This document shows positions 33,288-39,208 of a stretch of 39,327 bases of DNA, one piece after another (position 1 is the first letter of the stretch; every line of letters begins with the position of its first letter). Made by a program: the position numbers and the translations under genes. The stretch is from a virus: positions 1 to 39,327 of the IMG/VR virus record IMGVR_UViG_3300045988_101759; one strand, written 5' to 3'. The notes beneath the pieces are model-generated. The model was given only the letters and a program-made list of their open reading frames with translations. It did no database searches and was not told the origin of the DNA.

Positions 33288-33430
33288 GAAGGCCGGACGG
33301 GAGGAGAAGAGAGAAGATGACCCGTCCGGCTGGTTTTAACGTCTTTTCCTTGACGCGCGGGCGGTTCCGGCATGGCCGCGCATGACGAACCACGTCCATG
33401 CCGCAATGTGTGCGGAACCGTCCAAGTCCT

Positions 33431-33643
33431 TCACTGCCGTTGCTCGTCCAGCCAGCGCGCGAAGCGGGGGTCGGAGCACAGGCGACGCATGATGACGGCC
33501 GTCGGAATGAGCACCGCGAACGGCGCGGCGATGAGATGTTCGATCGGATGCGTGCACGCCGGCGTGCAATACAGCACCCACATGGCCAGCAACCACACCG
33601 CGAACAGCAGCTGGTGCAGGATGACGTGGGCAAGGGCCTTCAT
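33431..33643 (-). CDS. 70-aa membrane protein
   Basis: Translation begins MKALAHVILHQLLFAVWLLAMWVLY. ATG after CAAGGAG. Confidence 0.6.
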   Translation of the reverse strand: MKALAHVILHQLLFAVWLLAMWVLYCTPACTHPIEHLIAAPFAVLIPTAVIMRRLCSDPRFARWLDEQRQ

Positions 33644-33846
33644 CACATCAGCTCCTTGTTGATGGTGTCGATAACGATGTCCACGAGGTCGGCCACGTCG
33701 AGGTCGACGTAGCCGACGATGTGACCGAGCGAACGCCTTGCTTCGATTTCGTCCCATAAGTCGCCACAGGCCGGACTGATGGCGTCGCCATGGTCGTCGA
33801 ATTCGTCAAACACGGCCCTCACGCACGCTTTGCGAATGTCGTTCAT
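33643..33846 (-). CDS. 67-aa highly acidic protein, unknown
   Basis: ATG MNDIRKAC after CAAGGAG. Rich in Asp and Glu. Confidence 0.55.
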   Translation of the reverse strand: MNDIRKACVRAVFDEFDDHGDAISPACGDLWDEIEARRSLGHIVGYVDLDVADLVDIVIDTINKELM

Positions 33847-34064
33847 GCAATGCTCCTTGTGCAATTCGTCTCGCCTTCCTCAAGCCATTCGGCCACGGCC
33901 GTTTCCGGATAAAGGATCATCCGCCCGTGCTTCACGAACCGAGGACCCTGTCCACGGAAACGCAACTGGGCCAGATACCCCTGCCGCGTCCGAATCTCCT
34001 CCGGCGTCTCGGCCCCGAAAAGCCTCGCCACCTGCGTGGTGGTCATCATCTGCTGCAAGACCAT
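33843..34064 (-). CDS. HTH_17 / excisionase-family DNA-binding protein
   Basis: MTTTQVARLFG...LRFRGQGPRFVKHGRMILYPETAVAEWLEE. Confidence 0.7.
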   Translation of the reverse strand: MVLQQMMTTTQVARLFGAETPEEIRTRQGYLAQLRFRGQGPRFVKHGRMILYPETAVAEWLEEGETNCTRSIA

Positions 34065-34900
34065 CACGCACCCGCTTCCAACGACGGCTGAGCGCGACCC
34101 CAGTACCGGTCGATGAAATAGCGCTGCCCCTTGCCGGTGACCTTCGGAGTACGGCTGACCGTGGTGTGCCCATCGGCATGGGTGACGGTGGTCTCCTTAA
34201 TGCGGAACAGGCCGAGGTCTATCGCACGCTGTGTCGGCACGTTGCGATTCGAACCGGACTTGCCGAGATACCCGTCGGCCTGCAGGAGACGGAACAGCCG
34301 GTTCTGGCCGATGTCCATCCCGTTCTGCCGGAGCATCTTCGCCAACTCGCCGACCAGGCACGTGCCATCGGACGCGGCGACAGCATCGGCAAACCGGGCT
34401 TTCGGCTCCAATACCTTGATTTGCGCGTCCTTGGCTTGAAGCTGTTGGTTCTTGCGCTCGATGGTCTTCTGCGCGACAAGCACGGCCCTGGCCATGATGT
34501 CCTCGTCCGAATCCGACTCGGACGTGGGGATGTAGCCGCCGGTCCTGCGAATCTGGGGAAGCACCTCATGCGTGACCCAACGTTGGAAACGTTTCACGAA
34601 CGCCTTCGCTTCCGGATTTTTGACATAGGCGGCTTCGCGATTGAGAATTGCACGATAAAGACCAGACTCAGTAAGAACCGTCATTTTCTGCAATCCGCCA
34701 AGGGTAGGCACTTGGTGCATACCCTTCTCGTCACTGTCGAGATTTCGCGCCATGTCTTTCGCATTTCCATAACCCAGCAGCTTGGCAATGTCCGATGCAA
34801 CGAACATCACTTCGTCGCCATCGGCGAGCGTCCTGAAACTGTTGCCTTCGAATTCGAAAGTCTGGATTTCGTTGTCCACTGGATTCTCCTTCCTGTTCAT
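34064..34900 (-). CDS. Antirepressor (Bro-N + KilAC/ANT domains)
   Basis: Bro-N-like segment FEFEGNSFRTLADGDEVMFVASDIAKLLGY. ANT-like C-terminal half LVGELAKMLRQNGMDIGQNRLF. Confidence 0.85.
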   Translation of the reverse strand: MNRKENPVDNEIQTFEFEGNSFRTLADGDEVMFVASDIAKLLGYGNAKDMARNLDSDEKGMHQVPTLGGLQKMTVLTESGLYRAILNREAAYVKNPEAKAFVKRFQRWVTHEVLPQIRRTGGYIPTSESDSDEDIMARAVLVAQKTIERKNQQLQAKDAQIKVLEPKARFADAVAASDGTCLVGELAKMLRQNGMDIGQNRLFRLLQADGYLGKSGSNRNVPTQRAIDLGLFRIKETTVTHADGHTTVSRTPKVTGKGQRYFIDRYWGRAQPSLEAGA

Positions 34901-35151
34901 GCTTTTATGAATGTTGCCTCTGAATCTTTTTCTTCGGAATTTGCTGCGATAAAAATGTCAAGACCATCCCTCCATCTCAGTGCTGGAGCAATCTTGTCGA
35001 GGACTCGAATCGGCCATTCACGCTGATTGCGCATATACCGATTCATGACAACGCGATTGATTCCAACTGCATCAGCGACGTCGGATTGGGTGATTCCAAG
35101 TCGAGCCATCCTGACCTTGATTGCCTGCGTCACATATTCATTGCTGGTCAC
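34897..35151 (-). CDS. Cro-like XRE-family HTH regulator
   Basis: HTH segment RMARLGITQSDVADAVGINRVVMNRYM. GTG start 4 nt after GGAGG. The alternative ATG at 35214 would make the operators coding sequence. Confidence 0.75.
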   Translation of the reverse strand: MTSNEYVTQAIKVRMARLGITQSDVADAVGINRVVMNRYMRNQREWPIRVLDKIAPALRWRDGLDIFIAANSEEKDSEATFIKA

Positions 35152-35164
35152 ATCACCTCCATTC

Positions 35165-35296
35165 CCCGAATATTCGGGATTCCTTTCGATGTTTACCGGA
35201 TATTCGGTGAACATGCTTACAATGTACTCCCGAATATTCGGTATGGCAACTTCAACACGCCGAACGGTGAAAAGATGTAACTTCCCGAAAATTCGA
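35165..35296. promoter_or_regulatory. Genetic-switch operator cluster: 4 copies of the palindrome CCGAATATTCGG
   Basis: O1 35165-35178 is a perfect 14-bp palindrome. O2 35196-35207 has 1 mismatch. O3 35230-35241 is perfect. O4 35285-35296 has 2 mismatches. The cluster lies between divergent XRE genes. On the minus strand, -35 TTGCCA (35244-35249) and -10 TACATT (35221-35226) with a 17-bp spacer enclose O3. Confidence 0.75.
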
Positions 35297-35310
35297 ATAC
35301 AGTCATCAGT

Positions 35311-35691
35311 ATGGATAGCAGCACTACACGCACCGACATAGTGATTTGCAAATACATCAGCCAGGCAATGGAAGCCAAAGGAATAACCCAAGCCGACCTC
35401 TCCAAGGCACTTGAGGGACGTTCCAAAGGATATGTCAGCGACCGAGTACTCGGTAAGCGTAGCTGGGCAATCAGTGAGCTTGACCGCCTCGCACCACTGT
35501 TCGGCCTTCCCGATGCGCTTTCGTTGGTAGCTGCAGCATGCGGATCGATTTCATCTCAAGCCGTCAGCGAGCGCGAATCTCGAATCTCGGATGACCTGGT
35601 TGATCGTATCGCCGCGCACCCCGAAGACTATGACGTGGCCGCCAACATAGATGAGAATCGTGACGCGGAAAGCGAGACGCCGGATGACTGA
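35311..35691 (+). CDS. CI-like XRE-family repressor without a peptidase domain (ImmR-like)
   Basis: HTH segment MEAKGITQADLSKALEGRSKGYVSDRV. No SD upstream. A TACAGT -10-like hexamer ends 7 nt before the ATG, suggesting a leaderless transcript. The protein ends in AESETPDD. Confidence 0.8.
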   Translation: MDSSTTRTDIVICKYISQAMEAKGITQADLSKALEGRSKGYVSDRVLGKRSWAISELDRLAPLFGLPDALSLVAAACGSISSQAVSERESRISDDLVDRIAAHPEDYDVAANIDENRDAESETPDD

Positions 35692-35692
35692 C
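35667..35692 (+). repeat. 26-nt gene-end repeat, copy 1 (encodes ESETPDD-stop)
   Basis: GGAAAGCGAGACGCCGGATGACTGAC. Confidence 0.9.
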
Positions 35693-35762
35693 ATTGTCGA
35701 AAACACAGAAATAGACATTTCCTTTGATACGGAAACACTCGTGAGCGAAAAGTGAGATCGTG

Positions 35763-36641
35763 ATGGCATGGATAATACTCATCATCATCCTCGGAACCGC
35801 AGTCGCAATTGCGTTATCCGACGGAAAACAAACAAACGCGGACAACGGCAATGAGACAGAAAGGACGACGGAATACGATCGTCGTTTGGTGCGGGATGGC
35901 GACACCTTTAGGGAAGTAGTAACCGAAAAAGACGCGCGTAAGACGAACGCCACCTCGAAGGATACCCCGACGCTCTCCGTTTATACGGAGACCCCATACC
36001 GCCGAAAGCCAGATCCGCGATGCTTGCGTCCGGTCAGGGGACTGAAGGAGTATGTCCCAATCTACAGTTCCGCTTTTCTCCCACCGGAACACCAGCTTGA
36101 CCTAGTCACCATATTCGGCGATGGAAACACAAATCTGAAGCTTGCTTTGTTCAACGGTCAACTTGTATTGGAAGCGCCCAATGGGATACTGCCGAACAAA
36201 GCTTCAGGGCAAATATACAAGCTCGGCGTTTTCACCTGTTCCCTTCGTGGCGGCTCCCACTACGAGAAAGCCCTACGGGCCGCCGACACACGTCCTTTGA
36301 GACCAGCAATGCTTGTCAGGGAACCGGGCAACCAGTATGATCGCAACGCCGTGGCGATTCACGCGCCCAACGCCGGTCTTATCGGATATGTCAACAAGCA
36401 GAACGCTGCACGTTTGGCAAAACACATGGATTCCGGCGAAGAGTATTCAGCGATGTTCACCTGTGGCAACGCTCCGGGAGCGGGAAACGGAAACCCAGTG
36501 GCGCTGCTTATAGCTCCGACAAACGTGATGACGACCATCATGCGCAACAGTGGGCTGATGGACAATCAGCAGATAGAAAGGACGGAAACCGTCAGTATGG
36601 ATACCAACTGTGATTTGGAAAGCGAGACGCCGGACGACTGA
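35763..36641 (+). CDS. N-terminal TM anchor + HIRAN-domain protein
   Basis: TM segment MAWIILIIILGTAVAIAL. HIRAN-like segment LVREPGNQYDRNAVAIH...GLIGYVNKQNAARLAKHMDSG. About 50 percent GC. Ends in LESETPDD. Confidence 0.65.
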   Translation: MAWIILIIILGTAVAIALSDGKQTNADNGNETERTTEYDRRLVRDGDTFREVVTEKDARKTNATSKDTPTLSVYTETPYRRKPDPRCLRPVRGLKEYVPIYSSAFLPPEHQLDLVTIFGDGNTNLKLALFNGQLVLEAPNGILPNKASGQIYKLGVFTCSLRGGSHYEKALRAADTRPLRPAMLVREPGNQYDRNAVAIHAPNAGLIGYVNKQNAARLAKHMDSGEEYSAMFTCGNAPGAGNGNPVALLIAPTNVMTTIMRNSGLMDNQQIERTETVSMDTNCDLESETPDD

Positions 36642-36642
36642 C
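36617..36642 (+). repeat. 26-nt gene-end repeat, copy 2
   Basis: GGAAAGCGAGACGCCGGACGACTGAC, with 1 difference from copy 1. Confidence 0.9.
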
Positions 36643-36683
36643 GGCGGGAACCGTTGGAAACACTGGGATTAGACCATTTTGCC

Positions 36684-36743
36684 GAGGTCAGGAAATCATA
36701 TGGTTGGGATGATTTCCTGAGGTCAGGAAATCATCCCAACCAT
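36684..36743 (+). promoter_or_regulatory. 44-bp perfect palindrome plus an extra half-site copy, abutting the dinD-like RBS
   Basis: 36700-36720 is the exact reverse complement of 36723-36743. TCAGGAAATCAT also occurs at 36688-36699. A 16-bp direct repeat GAGGTCAGGAAATCAT lies at 36684 and 36719. Confidence 0.85.
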
Positions 36744-36757
36744 CAAGGAGGAGACAC

Positions 36758-37615
36758 ATGGACAAAAACGAGATAGCACGTCACGCGAACGAGCTCGACG
36801 CGCTTTCCCACGAAGAAGATGGCGTTGAATACTGGCTCGCCCGCGACATCATGGAACACATGGGATATTCCAAGTGGGAGAATTTCGCGAAGGCGGTGCA
36901 GCGCGCCAAGGACGCATGCGCAAATTCCGGCCAGCAGGTCGAAGCCCATTTCCGAGACACCACCAGGAACGCGGCAACCGTCAACGGAGGAACCCGCGTC
37001 ATCGGGGACGTGAAACTGACCCGGTACGCGTGCTATCTGGTGGCGCAGAACGGCGACCCGCGTAAGGAGGAGGTCGCGCTGCTGCAAAGCTACTTCGCCG
37101 TGCAGACCCGCACCGCCGAACTGCTCGAGCAGCGCATGGGCGAGATCAGCCGGCTCGCCGGACGCGAGGCGCTGGCCGTCGAGGAGAAGCAACTGTCCAA
37201 GCTCAGCTACGAACGCGGCGTGGACGAACGCGGGTTCGGCATCATCCGCAGCCACGGCGACCAGGCGTTGTTCGGACGCAGCACGCAGGCGATGAAGGAC
37301 AGGCTCGGCGTGCCGAAAAACCGTCCGCTGGCCGACAGACTACATCCCATCAACGTGACGGCCAAGCAGCTCGCCACGCAGATGACCAACCTCAACATCG
37401 AGCAGAAGGATCTGCATGGAACCTCGCAGATTGGCAACGAGCACGTCGGCAACAACCGCTCCGTGCGTAACGCGCTGGTCGAACAGGGCATCGTCCCCGA
37501 GGATCTTCCCGCGCAGGAGGACATCCGCAAGATCGAACGTCGCGTGAGGAAGGACGAGAGGCGCGTCGAGGGCACCGGGTTCAAAGCCGTGGAAAGCGAG
37601 ATGCCAGACGACTGA
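36758..37615 (+). CDS. dinD: DinD-like (DNA-damage-inducible protein D family)
   Basis: Matches E. coli DinD as I remember it: WLARDIMEHMGYSKWENFAKAVQRAKDACANSG, LTRYACYLVAQNGDP and YFAVQTR. Ends in VESEMPDD. Confidence 0.7.
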   Translation: MDKNEIARHANELDALSHEEDGVEYWLARDIMEHMGYSKWENFAKAVQRAKDACANSGQQVEAHFRDTTRNAATVNGGTRVIGDVKLTRYACYLVAQNGDPRKEEVALLQSYFAVQTRTAELLEQRMGEISRLAGREALAVEEKQLSKLSYERGVDERGFGIIRSHGDQALFGRSTQAMKDRLGVPKNRPLADRLHPINVTAKQLATQMTNLNIEQKDLHGTSQIGNEHVGNNRSVRNALVEQGIVPEDLPAQEDIRKIERRVRKDERRVEGTGFKAVESEMPDD

Positions 37616-37616
37616 C
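37591..37616 (+). repeat. 26-nt gene-end repeat, copy 3
   Basis: GGAAAGCGAGATGCCAGACGACTGAC, with 3 differences from copy 1. Confidence 0.9.
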
Positions 37617-37625
37617 ATTGACACG

Positions 37626-38009
37626 TTGTACGCGCGGGCCGGGGACATGGGCCTGCGCGTCGAGGAGGACTGTCTGCCCCGTGAGATGAACGGCTACTAT
37701 TGCGACGCGCTAGGCCTCATCGTCCTGCACGACAAGCTCAACGCGAGGCAACGCCGCTGCACATTGTGCCACGAGCTCATCCACGCCAGACACCATGACC
37801 CCGGCTGCGGTACACGATACGGGGCCAAATGCGAGCGTCGGTGTCGCAGGGAGACGGCGTTGGCGTTGATCTCGCCGGTGGATTACGGCATGGCCGAGAC
37901 GGTGTATGAGGGCAATACGTGGATGATGGCAGTGGAATTGGGCGTCACCATCCAGGTATTGAACGACTACCGGCAGCTATTGTACGATTCCGGCGTGTGC
38001 GTGCAATAA
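37626..38009 (+). CDS. ImmA/IrrE-family Zn-metallopeptidase (COG2856-like), short form
   Basis: HEXXH motif CHELIHARHH preceded by RQRRCTL. The start is uncertain: TTG at 37626 or ATG at 37647. Confidence 0.65.
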   Translation: MYARAGDMGLRVEEDCLPREMNGYYCDALGLIVLHDKLNARQRRCTLCHELIHARHHDPGCGTRYGAKCERRCRRETALALISPVDYGMAETVYEGNTWMMAVELGVTIQVLNDYRQLLYDSGVCVQ

Positions 38010-38063
38010 TTTATACGCCTTTATACGTGCTGATAGAGCCTTATACCCCTTCGGATTCCTTAT

Positions 38064-38112
38064 AAAAAAAGACCCCGGCCACCCGCATACCGCGAGCGCC
38101 GGGGTTTGTTTA
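38064..38112. terminator. Bidirectional terminator between convergent operons
   Basis: AAAAAAAG, ACCCCGGC, 18-nt loop, GCCGGGGT, then TTGTTTAT. Confidence 0.65.
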
Positions 38113-38529
38113 TGCGAAAAGTGCTTTCCATGCAGTGACGGCGACGAATGCTAGGACTCCCAATACACATAGCCACTGGACTATTTGATCGCTTATCCAT
38201 GAGTACCAGAACATGCGTCTGTGCTTTGATGCGAGGATGTTGGGGCGTTGCCATTCTCGATAATTTCCGTATAGCATGTTCGAGATTCTGACGAATAGGT
38301 GGAGGAACGGATGCCACCCAGCAGCTTTGAGCAGCATGCTCATGCTTGCGTCTTCGGAGACTGGTTGGGAGGAATGTTCCATACCTAGATCATCCGGCAG
38401 TTTGTCGATCTGTGAATCGTCATCCCTTGGAGGCATGTCATCGATCTGCGCGAAATCGTCATCGATGGATGGGATGCCGTCGTCATCCGACGCGTCGGCC
38501 CATCCGAAGTAATCCTCTTCCTTCGTCAC
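38110..38529 (-). CDS. 139-aa protein: highly acidic N-terminal half + C-terminal TM segment
   Basis: Acidic segment DASDDDGIPSIDDDFAQIDDMPPRDDDSQIDKLPDD. TM segment WLCVLGVLAFVAVTAW. ATGA-coupled to the upstream ImmA-like gene. Confidence 0.65.
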   Translation of the reverse strand: MTKEEDYFGWADASDDDGIPSIDDDFAQIDDMPPRDDDSQIDKLPDDLGMEHSSQPVSEDASMSMLLKAAGWHPFLHLFVRISNMLYGNYREWQRPNILASKHRRMFWYSWISDQIVQWLCVLGVLAFVAVTAWKALFA

Positions 38530-39053
38530 AGCGCGAGGATCTTTCGTCTGTATGCGACGGCATCCACGGATACACGGAAGGCTCTCGCTATGGATATGTT
38601 GCTGTCGTCGGCTTTCGCCATTCTCCGCAGTTCCTGCTCCGGCATGAGAAGTGCCCCGGCATATTCGTTCGCGATCACCTCGAAGAGGTTCCCGCGTCCG
38701 GCGTCGCTACGTTTGTCCACGTATCCCTTGCCGGCTGGTATCACCTTGACATAATCCGCGAGCCGTTCATCAGATGCGGTGTGCGTCATATAATGGCCAA
38801 GCTCATGCGCAGCGCTGAAGCGCATTCTGTTCAACGGCTGGTCCTTGTCAAGGTACATGGTGACACTGTTGTCGCCGCCGACAAGCATGCCCCATGTATC
38901 CACCCCAAGCTGTGAGCTGTAAACCTCTATCCCGGCGCTCCGTGCTATCGCTACCGGATCCACCGGGTATGAGCCGGACCAGTAGTTCTCCAATGTATCC
39001 TTCGCGAGATCGCGTGCAATCTGTCTCGCCTCTCCATATGTCATCGACTTCAT
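38526..39053 (-). CDS. ImmA/IrrE-family Zn-metallopeptidase
   Basis: Motif FSAAHELGHYMTH...EYAGALLMP. I chose the ATG MKSMTYGE. Confidence 0.8.
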   Translation of the reverse strand: MKSMTYGEARQIARDLAKDTLENYWSGSYPVDPVAIARSAGIEVYSSQLGVDTWGMLVGGDNSVTMYLDKDQPLNRMRFSAAHELGHYMTHTASDERLADYVKVIPAGKGYVDKRSDAGRGNLFEVIANEYAGALLMPEQELRRMAKADDSNISIARAFRVSVDAVAYRRKILAL

Positions 39054-39208
39054 CGCACGCCCTTCCCTTGCCTTGTCTTTCAAACTACATGCGAGCGCGC
39101 GGCGTCGTCTACATCTCTTCACAATCTGGATAATCCTGACACATTTCGGTGATTTTGGTAAGTGTGGTTCTTCGTGTTCTGACTTGCATTACTTTATTTA
39201 CTGTGCTG

